Below, piece after piece: positions 18,455 to 27,757 of a stretch of 32,000 nucleotides of DNA. The notes beneath the pieces were generated by a model. The model searched no databases. It saw nothing but the letters and a program-made list of their open reading frames with translations, and had not been told where the DNA came from. Location of the stretch: assembly GCF_965196625.1 (NCBI RefSeq), contig NZ_OZ239769.1, positions 570,001 through 602,000 of the forward strand, given 5' to 3'. The position numbers and the translations under genes were made by a program. Positions within the stretch are counted from its first letter, which is position 1, and the number at the start of each line of letters is the position of its first letter. The DNA comes from Candidatus Saccharimonadota bacterium. Its GTDB lineage: Bacteria > Bacteroidota > Bacteroidia > Cytophagales > Amoebophilaceae.

Positions 18455-18513
18455 TTCCTCGCTTTCGGACCTCGATAAATGAATTTGACACGCAGTAAAA
18501 ATAATGAAACGAA
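18455..18513. repeat. Partial inverted copy of the palindromic repeat family (distal arm)
   Basis: CCTCGATAAATGAATTTGACACGCAGTAAAAATAATGAAACGAAC matches the reverse complement of 5921-5965 (CCGCCGATAAATGAATTTGGCACACAGTAAAAATAATGAAACGAAC). Confidence 0.65.
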
Positions 18514-18637
18514 CTCAAAAGTAAGGCTAAAAAATCATGTTTTTATATGTGATAATCAATTAAATATATACATTAAGTTGACGCCATGAATAGATACGAA
18601 AGAAAGGATAAAGTGTTAAGCTTATTAGTCTTATGAG

Positions 18638-19573
18638 CTATTGCTGTTCAACGCGTTTTATACTAAATATTTGTATAAAAGATAAAGAACCGATCACTAA
18701 AGAATTCATGCATAACAATACACCTAAATTGTAACCCATATATGCGTCAAAAAACAACACCTGCACAATAGCTGAAAAAATGGGCGCAGCTGCAATGCCA
18801 AGACTAGTTAAACCAACGTCAAAGTTCTTAATAGCAAGTTGCAAACAGATTTGAGGCACAAGAACAAAAAACAAAGCAAAAACTATTAAATGATAAAAGG
18901 ACAACTGGCTTATAGAAAATAGATTGTTTTTTATACATAAGAAAAAAGTCACCACCAATACAAGTATAGAACGTAGTGTATTGATTCGAAGCGGAAATTC
19001 TCCAGCACTACTCAACCGTTTGCATATAACGGTATTACATAGGACTGCTATGCCACATACTAGTGATAGTGAAAAACCTATTATAATGTTTGCACTACCT
19101 TTACGTAATGCAATAACTGATGCATCAGATAATAAGAGCTGAGCTGACAATATAAAAAGTAAAAAAGATAGCCATTTTTCAACAGATGAGGTTTTATTAA
19201 AACGAAGCAAATTATGAAGCATAGGGCCAACTGAAACTGCAATAGCAGATGAAACAGCAGGAATAATGTAACCTATTGATAGGTAGCCCGTCACTAAATT
19301 AAGTACAGTAAAAATATTCAACATTACATAATTCAGTATTAAATTTAATCTTCTATGCTTATCGCTATTGCTTTCTGCTGCTTTTGTGTGGTTAGTTTTA
19401 TTAACAAACGCAATAATCAAAGTAACTAGAAGCGAAATAAATGATGCTGTAAAGATAACTAAAAAAGGATTTATTTTCTTAAAAAGAAAAAAAGAAGAAT
19501 AAAGTGCCCTAGCCCCATCACCTGACAGAAATACGACCATAGCCAGAAATCCGATTAAAATATTCATTTTCAT
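18638..19573 (-). CDS. Multi-pass inner-membrane transporter, DMT/EamA-like (about 10 TM segments)
   Basis: 311-aa strongly hydrophobic ORF with two similar halves of ~5 TM helices each, in a low-GC setting. The family call rests on topology and length, not on a specific motif. Confidence 0.65.
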   Translation of the reverse strand: MKMNILIGFLAMVVFLSGDGARALYSSFFLFKKINPFLVIFTASFISLLVTLIIAFVNKTNHTKAAESNSDKHRRLNLILNYVMLNIFTVLNLVTGYLSIGYIIPAVSSAIAVSVGPMLHNLLRFNKTSSVEKWLSFLLFILSAQLLLSDASVIALRKGSANIIIGFSLSLVCGIAVLCNTVICKRLSSAGEFPLRINTLRSILVLVVTFFLCIKNNLFSISQLSFYHLIVFALFFVLVPQICLQLAIKNFDVGLTSLGIAAAPIFSAIVQVLFFDAYMGYNLGVLLCMNSLVIGSLSFIQIFSIKRVEQQ

Positions 19574-19624
19574 ATGTTAATAAATGTCTTGTCCACTAAT
19601 TGACAACATGCATCCAATAGCTCC

Positions 19625-19831
19625 TTAATGGTTAGCAAGTATGTGATGGGCTGCAAAAAAGAAAGGTGATGGCTTTTCGTTTTTATCCATACGCTGAACC
19701 AGATCGTAAAAAGCAACGTTCTGGTTACTGGTAGCTTCAAGTATATAATTAAAACTTGACCACAATTTCTCAGAGATACTGCAAAAAAGCAGGGCCGCTA
19801 TCTTTTTATCAGGGGCAACTATATTTTTCAT
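19625..19831 (-). CDS. Small hypothetical ORF (68 aa), possibly a gene remnant
   Basis: ORF only; no recognisable motif. Confidence 0.2.
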   Translation of the reverse strand: MKNIVAPDKKIAALLFCSISEKLWSSFNYILEATSNQNVAFYDLVQRMDKNEKPSPFFFAAHHILANH

Positions 19832-20395
19832 GATTAGCTTTAACCTTTACATTAAGAGTTCCAACTTATGTTAATAATTTTACTACTTACATAAAGCCTT
19901 AAAAAATATTAGAGTTGTAATTGGATGCCAAATAATACTAATTACAGGTCATAATCGTTAAAGATTTTTCATAACAACATCCATCAGAAATCAGCAGGTA
20001 AATGCTACTAAACCTATTGTTTATACATCAAGCATTGAATATAATGCCTCAATTTTACATTGATCAATTAGCAAACAATACTTGTTCATTTCTATAAATG
20101 GCTATGCATAATAATAAAAAATAACATTAACAATCACTTGTATTTAATAATTTTATTAGTTAAGAGCAACCATCTGTTTATAATTTGTTCTTTTCTTGTA
20201 AGCATGCATTTATAATCGAATCTTCATCTATATCTGACTGAATACTAGTCCGCTTATTAGTTTCCAAGAACATTAAGTACTTATTAAAATAGCAGGTATG
20301 GTTTTTATTATCGTATTTTTTTAATGCATAGGCGGCATAATCGTAAGACTAATAGCTATGATGACATACTAATCCCAACTTGATCAGCCTATCTT

Positions 20396-20466
20396 TATTT
20401 TTACTGCGCGCTAACTTTTTATCGTCGGCCAGCGGCGGTGGAGCATACGAACGATCCATTTGCATC
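20396..20466. repeat. Repeat scar: terminal arm of the palindromic family fused to a 27-bp unit that recurs at 20981-21007
   Basis: TTTTTACTGCGCGCTAACTTTTTATCGTCGGCCAGCGGCGGTGG resembles 5934-5981. It is followed by GGAGCATACGAACGATCCATTTGCATC (20440-20466). Confidence 0.6.
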
Positions 20467-20581
20467 GCTGTGCTAGACTAGCGTTTCCTTAACTTGACGC
20501 CATTGTTTGAATAGATACCTATTGCAGTAGGAGGGAAGCATAAAGCAGCATAAAAGCTGAAAATAAGCACTTGTTCAAGCT

Positions 20582-20649
20582 AGTGGTAAAAAGGCACTTA
20601 TCTTACACCGTGTGCTTGATAAAATCAAGTATAGACAAAATCAAGCGCT
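20582..20649. repeat. Dispersed relative of the 5288-5466 repeat
   Basis: Shares AGTGGTAAAAAGG, GCTTGATAAAA and CAAAATCAAGCGCT blocks, in the same order as 5335-5466. Confidence 0.5.
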
Positions 20650-20684
20650 TATAAAGCTTTCTATGTGTAACCGTTTTAGCAACG

Positions 20685-20757
20685 TGATCCCGCTGGGACT
20701 CGAACCCAGGGCCCTCTCCTTAAAAGGGAGATGCTCTACCAGCTGAGCTACGAGATC
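20685..20757 (-). tRNA. tRNA-Lys (anticodon UUU)
   Basis: The reverse complement is GATCTCGTAGCTCAGCTGGTAGAGCATCTCCCTTTTAAGGAGAGGGCCCTGGGTTCGAGTCCCAGCGGGATCA. It has a 7-bp acceptor stem (one G-U), a D arm GCTC/GAGC, an anticodon stem TCTCC/GGAGA with loop CTTTTAA, and a T arm CTGGG-TTCGAGT-CCCAG. CCA is not encoded. Confidence 0.92.
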
Positions 20758-20942
20758 AACATCAATTGCATAATTGTAAATTTATTCATTTTTTAGTGAA
20801 AATAAAAATTATTCACCCATCTTATTGAGCCTCATCTTGGTGTACATACATTTTAAGGTATATACGTATTTTCAGGGCCTTTAGTTTTCTATTGCAACGG
20901 CTTTTGATATACTTGGTAAAAATTGACAATTAATGGGTGGGT

Positions 20943-21007
20943 TGTTTCTATTGCGTCAAATTAAAGGGCTAATGGCCGCTGGAGTATGCGAACGATCCAT
21001 TTGCATC
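20943..21007. repeat. Repeat scar: left terminus of the palindromic family fused to the second copy of the 27-bp unit
   Basis: TGTTTCTATTGCGTCAAATTAAAGGGCTAATGGCCGC resembles 5757-5792 and 22531-22565. It is followed by GGAGTATGCGAACGATCCATTTGCATC (20981-21007). Confidence 0.6.
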
Positions 21008-21318
21008 ACGGGCTCAGCTTGTATATTTTCCAATGCATCATCCAAAAAATCATACCCACAATAATCGTACTAATATTACAAATTAAGCCTTCTATGGCGA
21101 GATCTTTTTTCCTTGTATGTAGGATTTTGCTCAAGTTGCATTATCACATTTGGATGATATAAAATTTTCTATAGAGGAAAATTTTGTAAGATGGGAGTGA
21201 TATCTACACTTCGGAAATATTAAACCAGCCATATTGAGGATTAAACAAATCGTACAACAGAGCAATACCATCGCGCTTACAAAACAGACCGCCATGCTAT
21301 ATAACTTTTTAAGGCTTA

Positions 21319-22398
21319 TTATAAGCTCCCCTCTTTACCTGCTTGTAATTTTTCCGCATTATCTGCCACACGCAATGCCTTGATCATATCCAATATAGCC
21401 CCATCTAATATGGCCGCTAAATTATGCTCTGTATAGCCAATCCGGTGATCTGTTGCACGGGCCTGGGGAAAGTTATAGGTTCTGATCTTATCCCCTCTGT
21501 CGCCACGTTTGACCATAGATCTGCGTTCTACACCAATAGCTTCTTGTTGTTTTTTTACTTCCATATCATAGAGGCGAGAGCGCAATACCTTTAAGGCTTT
21601 TTCATAATTTTTGATTTGCGATTTGCCATCTTGGCAGGATACAACCAATCCAGTGGGAATATGGGTTAGTCGTACAGCTGAATAGGTAGTGTTGACCGAC
21701 TGGCCACCTGGACCGGAAGAGCAAAAAGTATCTTTGCGTACCTCATTTAAATCTAAGTTGATTTCCACTTCCCCTGCCTCTGGCAATACAACTACACTGG
21801 CTGCTGAAGTATGTATACGGCCCTGTGTTTCAGTAGTAGGGACCCGCTGTACACGGTGCACGCCAGATTCATATTTCATAAGGCCATATACATCCTCACC
21901 CGCTATCGTACAAACAATTTCTTTCCATCCACCAGCAGTGCCCTCTATCGTATATACAATGGAAAAATCCCATTTCATTTTTTCTGCAAAACGCTTGTAC
22001 ATTCGAAAAAGATCTCCTGTAAAAATCGCGGCCTCGTCCCCACCAATACCCGCTCGAATCTCTAAAACGATGTTCCTGCTATCATTGGGGTCGCTTGGCG
22101 TAAGTGCATCGCGCAATGCGCTTTCTAAATTGGATTTTTTATCTAAGGCAGATGCTAGCTCTTGTTTGGCAATCTCACGGAAAGCTTCTTCTTTTTCATT
22201 ATTTAATACTTCTTTTGCTTCTTTTATATTTTCTAATACAAGCTCATAGTCTTTGTATAAATCAACAATTTTAGATAGCTTTCTATATTCTTTATTGAGT
22301 GCCGCATAGGCCTTCATATCACTCAAAGCGTCTGGTTGATAGATGGCTGCTTCTACCTCGTGGAACCGTTCCTGGATGGATTTTAGTTTTTCAATCAT
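21319..22398 (-). CDS. prfA: Peptide chain release factor 1
   Basis: GGQ motif SGPGGQSVNTT. The RF1-type tripeptide region RVPTTETQGRIHTS matches the P-x-T class. 359 aa. Confidence 0.95.
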   Translation of the reverse strand: MIEKLKSIQERFHEVEAAIYQPDALSDMKAYAALNKEYRKLSKIVDLYKDYELVLENIKEAKEVLNNEKEEAFREIAKQELASALDKKSNLESALRDALTPSDPNDSRNIVLEIRAGIGGDEAAIFTGDLFRMYKRFAEKMKWDFSIVYTIEGTAGGWKEIVCTIAGEDVYGLMKYESGVHRVQRVPTTETQGRIHTSAASVVVLPEAGEVEINLDLNEVRKDTFCSSGPGGQSVNTTYSAVRLTHIPTGLVVSCQDGKSQIKNYEKALKVLRSRLYDMEVKKQQEAIGVERRSMVKRGDRGDKIRTYNFPQARATDHRIGYTEHNLAAILDGAILDMIKALRVADNAEKLQAGKEGSL

Positions 22399-22515
22399 AT
22401 GATCATATATCTGCTTAAGGGCATGGCCATACTAGGAGCAAGTAAAGGATGTATCCATTTAACCAATGGTGTTAACTTAAGGAGTATATTTTATTGACTA
22501 TCCAATACAACATCA

Positions 22516-22752
22516 TTTTTATAGGCGGTTGTTGCCATTGCGTCAAGTTAAAGCACTAATGGCCCGCCTATAAAAAACTCGGCGCTTCAGTAAGCTTGTA
22601 GTTATCTGACGAACTGTTGTTCAGCGGATCAGAAAAACAGCATGTTTGAGCACGCGCAGCGGGCGAGTTCTGTTTTTTCCGCTGAACAACAGTTCGTTCC
22701 CTTACGATTTACTATGCGTCAAACTTTTTATGGGCGGGCCAGCAGCGGTGAA
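22516..22752. repeat. Second full copy of the nested palindromic element, overlapping the 3' end of rplT
   Basis: GGCCCGCCTATAAAAAACTCGGCGCTTCAGTAAGCTTGTAG...CAGCGGATCAGAAAAACAG pairs with CTGTTTTTTCCGCTGAACAACAGTTCG...CTTTTTATGGGCGGGCC. It is collinear with 5761-5983. Confidence 0.85.
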
Positions 22753-23118
22753 TTGAACAGATACTGCCTTTTTTAGGCTACCTATTTGTACAATAGCTTC
22801 AAATGCACTTGGATGGTTCATAGCCAAGTCAGCCAGTGTTTTTCTATCTATATCCATATTGCATTGCTTCAGCTTGCCCATAAACTGACCATAAGCCATT
22901 CCATGCAAACGAGCCGCTGCATTGATGCGCTGTATCCACAATGTTCTTATGGTTCTTTTTTTTGTTTTACGGTCTCTATAAGCATATAAAAGACCCTTTT
23001 CAACAGCATTCTTAGCTACTGTCCAAACATTTTTTCTTTTGCCCCAGTAACCTTTTGCTAATTTTAATGTGCGCTTTTTACGTGCCTTTGAGGCTACCGA
23101 ATTAACCGACCTTGGCAT
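22702..23118 (-). CDS. rplT: 50S ribosomal protein L20 with a ~20-aa C-terminal extension
   Basis: [26 protein letters not shown]...[11 protein letters not shown]...DRKTLADLA is a canonical L20. At 138 aa it is longer than the usual ~115-118 aa. Confidence 0.93.
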   Translation of the reverse strand: MPRSVNSVASKARKKRTLKLAKGYWGKRKNVWTVAKNAVEKGLLYAYRDRKTKKRTIRTLWIQRINAAARLHGMAYGQFMGKLKQCNMDIDRKTLADLAMNHPSAFEAIVQIGSLKKAVSVQFTAAGPPIKSLTHSKS

Positions 23119-23163
23119 AATTACATTTTAATTTAGAATGTTGAGATTAGACCGCCCCGCCCA

Positions 23164-23364
23164 TTACATCACGAGCAGCTTACGAATAGTGGGCGCATTG
23201 GTTTCATGTACGAGTGCGCTGTGCGTAAGATGCCTTTTTTGCTTTGTGCTTTTAATTTTTTTGGCTAAGCAGTGGTTTTTAAAAGCATGCTTCCGCTTAA
23301 TTTTACCACTACCTGTTACCTGAAATCTTTTTTTTGAACCAGAATGTGTTTTAACTTTTGGCAT
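23164..23364 (-). CDS. rpmI: 50S ribosomal protein L35
   Basis: [22 protein letters not shown] is a canonical L35 N-terminus. 66 aa. Confidence 0.93.
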   Translation of the reverse strand: MPKVKTHSGSKKRFQVTGSGKIKRKHAFKNHCLAKKIKSTKQKRHLTHSALVHETNAPTIRKLLVM

Positions 23365-23547
23365 ATCTTTAGTTATAACGGATGTTTAAATGGCTTAATG
23401 CAACTGGCGCGCTACTTGCGCCTTATATAGGCTTACTACCTTTTATATAACTGTAAATATAGATAGAAATATCGAAAAAGGCTTATATAAACCCCAAGTT
23501 TAGCGAAAAATATTCAAAATAACTATAAACCTTTATTCAAAGTAATC

Positions 23548-24075
23548 TTATTTTTTGGCGCCCAATGGGGCTATGGTTAGGCTCATTTTTCTACCTTCTA
23601 GTTTAGGCAGTTGTTCTACTTTTCCATAAGCTTCTAATCCTTGCGAAAATCTAAGTAAGATTAACTCACCTCTTTCTTTAAACATAATCTCCCTGCCTAC
23701 AAATTTAACACAAACTTTTACTTTTGCACCAGTTTGTAAAAAGTTAATTGCATGTTTTAACTTAAAGTCAAAATCATGATCACTTGTATTGGGGCCAAAA
23801 CGGATTTCCTTTATAACGACCTTTTGGGCATTACTTTTTATTTCTTTATGCTTCCTCTTTTGTAAGTATTTAAATTTAGCATAATCCATTACTTTACAAA
23901 CAGGGAAGTCACTTGCTTTAGCAATTTCCACTAAGTCAAGTTCTTGGGCTTCTGCAATGGCTAAAGCTTCACGGATGTGATACACACCGGTCACGACGTT
24001 GTCACCAACCAAACGTACCTGAGGTGCAGTAATACGTTCGTTTACATTATGGGTTTCTTTTATTATGTTTTTCAA
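23548..24075 (-). CDS. infC: Translation initiation factor IF-3
   Basis: NERITAPQVRLVGDN...ALAIAEAQELDLVEI...KEIRFGPNTSDHDFDFK is a typical IF3. The start is non-AUG: TTG at 24075, or ATA at 24087. Confidence 0.92.
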   Translation of the reverse strand: MKNIIKETHNVNERITAPQVRLVGDNVVTGVYHIREALAIAEAQELDLVEIAKASDFPVCKVMDYAKFKYLQKRKHKEIKSNAQKVVIKEIRFGPNTSDHDFDFKLKHAINFLQTGAKVKVCVKFVGREIMFKERGELILLRFSQGLEAYGKVEQLPKLEGRKMSLTIAPLGAKK

Positions 24076-24215
24076 ATGGCGAAATATTGATTATAGTCTG
24101 TTGTAGGCATCCATTGAACCAGTATTTTCTGGCTATCTGTAGTTAATATACAAATATCTCAACAAGTTTTCAATAAATCAAATCAGAAAACAAGATGCGC
24201 TTCTATGGGCTTGAC

Positions 24216-25400
24216 TTATTTGTTTTGCATTTTTTGGGGTACTGTTTTGGGATGCCGACGGAGTATTAAAAATAATCCTACTATAGCCCAAGGTAAGCTA
24301 AGCCACTGACCCATGTTGAGTGACATGTTATTTTCAAATTCAACTTGGTTTTCTTTATAGAATTCGTAAAAAAAGCGAAGGGAGAAAAGTATGATCATAA
24401 ATGTTCCAAAGATGCGGCCAGGCGCTAGGGTTTGGCCTTTTCGTTTCCACCATAAAAATAGTGTGATAAAAATCAGTATACATGAAAAAGATTCATAAAG
24501 TTGTGCTGGATGCCTTGGAATACCCCAGGTATAGACATCTGCTTGGTAGCCTTGATCCTTTTTGTGCAGGGTGTAAGAGAGCGGGGTTCCATAGGTTTCA
24601 TAGATTTTAGGCGAGCTATTAAAATAGGCTTCCTGGACTAAATGGTTTTTTAAAGATTGTGCAAGAAAATTTTTAATCATCTTTTCATCTTGAAGGGTTT
24701 CTTTAAAGGAAATAGTTAATTTAATGGGTTGGTAATTGGCTTTTATGGGTGGCATGTTGGTGCTAGATGCTTTACTTATGACTACACTTTCGATTGTAGA
24801 ATCATGCTTTTTGCGCAAATCATCATGCAACTCTCTGACGAATACTACACCATAGTTTGATCCAGTAGGTTTGCCAATGATCTCAGAATTCATAAAGTTA
24901 CCAATTCGAATCATTGCGCCCCCTAAAGCAGCTAAAATGACTATGTGATCTGCAAGCCATAAAAATTCCCCAGCTGATCGTCGGTTTTTAAAACGGATGC
25001 AGGGCGGGAAAAGAGATAGGGTAATGCGTTTTACATATAGGAAAACAGCAAGTACGATCCCAATAGCAGCTCCATGGCTTGCCAAGCCACTAAAGCCAGT
25101 TATTTTAAACTTGGGTGAAAAGACGACGGGCAAAAATATTTCTAAGAGGTGGTCTTGGTAATAGTGCCATTCATAAAAAATAACATGGCCTAAGCGGGCA
25201 CCAACCAATACGCTCAGCACTACATAACCTTTGATTTTGTCCGCTTCTTCTCTGGTTTTACCAGCTTTAGCAAACATATGATACCAGATGGGAATACCTC
25301 CTAATACACCGGTAGCAAAGAGCAGGTTATACCAGCGAAGGTTTAAAAATCCTTTTGTGAATAACTCTGGAGCTATATTCCATACAATAGTGCTTGGCAT
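24216..25400 (-). CDS. lgt: Prolipoprotein diacylglyceryl transferase (long Bacteroidota form)
   Basis: GLASHGAAIG, RIGNFMNSEIIGKPT and RHPAQLYES motifs. Multi-TM protein of 394 aa with an internal soluble insert. Confidence 0.88.
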   Translation of the reverse strand: MPSTIVWNIAPELFTKGFLNLRWYNLLFATGVLGGIPIWYHMFAKAGKTREEADKIKGYVVLSVLVGARLGHVIFYEWHYYQDHLLEIFLPVVFSPKFKITGFSGLASHGAAIGIVLAVFLYVKRITLSLFPPCIRFKNRRSAGEFLWLADHIVILAALGGAMIRIGNFMNSEIIGKPTGSNYGVVFVRELHDDLRKKHDSTIESVVISKASSTNMPPIKANYQPIKLTISFKETLQDEKMIKNFLAQSLKNHLVQEAYFNSSPKIYETYGTPLSYTLHKKDQGYQADVYTWGIPRHPAQLYESFSCILIFITLFLWWKRKGQTLAPGRIFGTFMIILFSLRFFYEFYKENQVEFENNMSLNMGQWLSLPWAIVGLFLILRRHPKTVPQKMQNK

Positions 25401-25521
25401 AAATAGTAAGGTAGAAATAAAGTTATATAAGATTTACTAAGGCTTAGGCCACCCCATACAAAGGCAGCCCATCTATTTTCATCACCAGAGGGGTCAAATA
25501 ATTGACTTTAAAGATAAAGGG

Positions 25522-27015
25522 CTAGCTGTTTAGCAGCCAGTCTACTAGCAGGCGTACGCCAAAACCTGTAGCACCTGCATGGTGGTAGCACCAAGGTTGC
25601 TCTTTCCAGGCCGTACCTGCTATATCTAAATGTGCCCAAGCGGTCTTTTCAACAAATTCTTTTAAGAATAGCGCAGCTGTAATAGACCCCGCTCCTTTTT
25701 TGCTTCCTGTATTGCGCATATCTGCAACAATAGACTGCATACTCTTAAAATAAGATGCTTCTAAAGGCATTTGCCAAATTTTTTCACCTGTTCTTGGGGA
25801 AGCAGCCATCAGGCTGTTGGTCAGTTGTGGATCGGTACCAAATATACCTGACATATGTGTGCCGAGTGCAGTGACCATGGCACCTGTTAAAGTAGCTAAG
25901 TCGACCATGGCATCTACACCGAGTTTTTCTGCATAGACCAATGCATCTGCTAGGATCAGTCTCCCTTCAGCATCTGTATTGTCTATTTCAATTTTTTTGC
26001 CATTAGACGCGGTTACGACATCACCAGGCTTGGTCGCGCTTCCATTGATCATATTTTCCGTGGCAGGAATAATAAAATGTACTTCTTTACGGGGTTGAAT
26101 CGCTCCAATAGCTTCTGCTGCGCCTAGCACGGCTGCTGCACCAGCCATATCGCATTTCATTAACTCAATCTGCGCATTCCCTATTTTTAAGTTGAGCCCA
26201 CCAGAATCAAAGGTGACGCCTTTGCCGATTAGGGCAATCTTTTGAAAAGGGGACTGGGCATCAAGTGATTTTGGCTTATAACAGAGATGGATAAATTTAG
26301 GCACGGCGTTAGAACCTTGTGTAACGGAAAGGTAGGCACCCATGCCCAATTTTGCGCAATCCTCTTTTTCTAATATATTGAGCGCCAAATGATGCTTTTG
26401 GGCCAATTCAGTGGCGGTTTGTGCCAACATAGAAGGGGTTGCATAGTTGGGCGGAGCATTTACTAAGTCTCTAGCTAGATTGACGCCGGTTGCAATCTTT
26501 TGGGCTAGTTGAATGGTTTGGTCATCTGCTTTGGCATTTAGTAAATATACTTTTTTTAGATAGGTGGTTTTTGTATCCTTTTGGGATTTAAAACGTTCGT
26601 CTACATAAGCAGCCAGCAAGATGCCTTCAGCAAAAGCTTTTAAGTGGGTTGTATCGTTTAATAGCGTGTTGAAATGCACTACTACCGATGGGCTGTACAA
26701 CTTGATACATGCGTTATAGACCATCCCTGCAGCTTGCCGAATGGCTTCTTCGCCAATGGCTTCTTGTTTCCCTAGACCAACCAGTATTACTTTGCCTACT
26801 GTAGGCAAACCGTTGGCTGTAGCAATTGTGCCTTGTTGGCCCGTAAATTGAGACTCCTTTATCAAAGGTAAGAGGACATCATGGTACAACGGTTCATCCG
26901 TTAGATGGCTGGCCTCAGGGGTGGTATGATTTTTTTCAAAAATACCAAATGCATAACAGCTGTGTGCTACTTGTGATGCTTGGCTGCTTAAAAATTGAAA
27001 TTCAGGATACTGCAT
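25522..27015 (-). CDS. pepA: Leucyl aminopeptidase (M17)
   Basis: Signature NTDAEGRLILADAL, VTFDSGGLNLK and MKCDMAGAA. Confidence 0.94.
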   Translation of the reverse strand: MQYPEFQFLSSQASQVAHSCYAFGIFEKNHTTPEASHLTDEPLYHDVLLPLIKESQFTGQQGTIATANGLPTVGKVILVGLGKQEAIGEEAIRQAAGMVYNACIKLYSPSVVVHFNTLLNDTTHLKAFAEGILLAAYVDERFKSQKDTKTTYLKKVYLLNAKADDQTIQLAQKIATGVNLARDLVNAPPNYATPSMLAQTATELAQKHHLALNILEKEDCAKLGMGAYLSVTQGSNAVPKFIHLCYKPKSLDAQSPFQKIALIGKGVTFDSGGLNLKIGNAQIELMKCDMAGAAAVLGAAEAIGAIQPRKEVHFIIPATENMINGSATKPGDVVTASNGKKIEIDNTDAEGRLILADALVYAEKLGVDAMVDLATLTGAMVTALGTHMSGIFGTDPQLTNSLMAASPRTGEKIWQMPLEASYFKSMQSIVADMRNTGSKKGAGSITAALFLKEFVEKTAWAHLDIAGTAWKEQPWCYHHAGATGFGVRLLVDWLLNS

Positions 27016-27193
27016 AGTAAAAATAGTAGTTAGTAGTTATTTGAAAGTTTCAGTAGGTAACCAACCTTTGTTTTTGTATCAAGCGGTGTACAATACACCT
27101 ATTGCCACCAAACGCTCATTAAATATAAGGAATTTATTAGTGGCTGCTGTAGGGTAACGCTACAAAATCAAGAAAAAATAGGCTATACATCGC

Positions 27194-27613
27194 TTATAAC
27201 GGCAGCTCACTCATATCATCATTTTCATTTGCCCGATTTTGTGGCCTATGATTGATTACGTGTACCCCTTGGTTTTTAGTTTTCCCATCCCCTAATAATA
27301 CAAAGTGTTGGCCAACAATTTGTACAACATACTTTTGGTGTCCATCTTTATCTATATAAGACCTATGGCTTAACTTCCCTTCTATGTAGATTTGTCTGCC
27401 TTTGCTTAAATATTGCGCCGCAATTTCTGCATGAGGGGTCCAAAGTATTATTTCATGCCAATCTGTATGGTTTATTTTTTCACCTTCTTTGGTTTTGTAG
27501 CTATCATGTGTAGCCACGGTAAGCTGTACGCGCATGCGCCCATTTTCTAAGTGGCGTATTTCTGGGTCTTTGCCCAGATTGCCTAAAATAATCACTTTAT
27601 TAACACTTCCCAT
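27194..27613 (-). CDS. ssb: Single-stranded DNA-binding protein
   Basis: OB-fold N-terminus VNKVIILGNLGKDPEIR...TDWH. The acidic C-terminal tip is NDDMSELPL. Confidence 0.92.
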   Translation of the reverse strand: MGSVNKVIILGNLGKDPEIRHLENGRMRVQLTVATHDSYKTKEGEKINHTDWHEIILWTPHAEIAAQYLSKGRQIYIEGKLSHRSYIDKDGHQKYVVQIVGQHFVLLGDGKTKNQGVHVINHRPQNRANENDDMSELPL

Positions 27614-27757
27614 ATGGGTTGTTCAGAAAAATGTTAACAGAAAAATAGTTTTTTATCTATACTCCAATCTAAGACATTCATACCGACTTTGCAAATGGGT
27701 TGTGCAACTGTCTAAGTAATCTGCTGATTTCGTGTTAAAAAACCAATGTATTGGCGT

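Noticed and set aside
21689-22249. 186-aa ORF (and a nested 84-aa ORF) on the plus strand
   Set aside because: It is antisense to the clearly conserved prfA gene. The sequence is low-complexity Ser/Thr/Pro-rich, a shadow ORF.
23406-23422. GGCGC-GCTACTT-GCGCC hairpin in the infC-rpmI spacer as a possible L20-responsive leader or attenuator
   Set aside because: It is only a 5-bp stem, and I know of no conserved Bacteroidota leader motif to compare it with.
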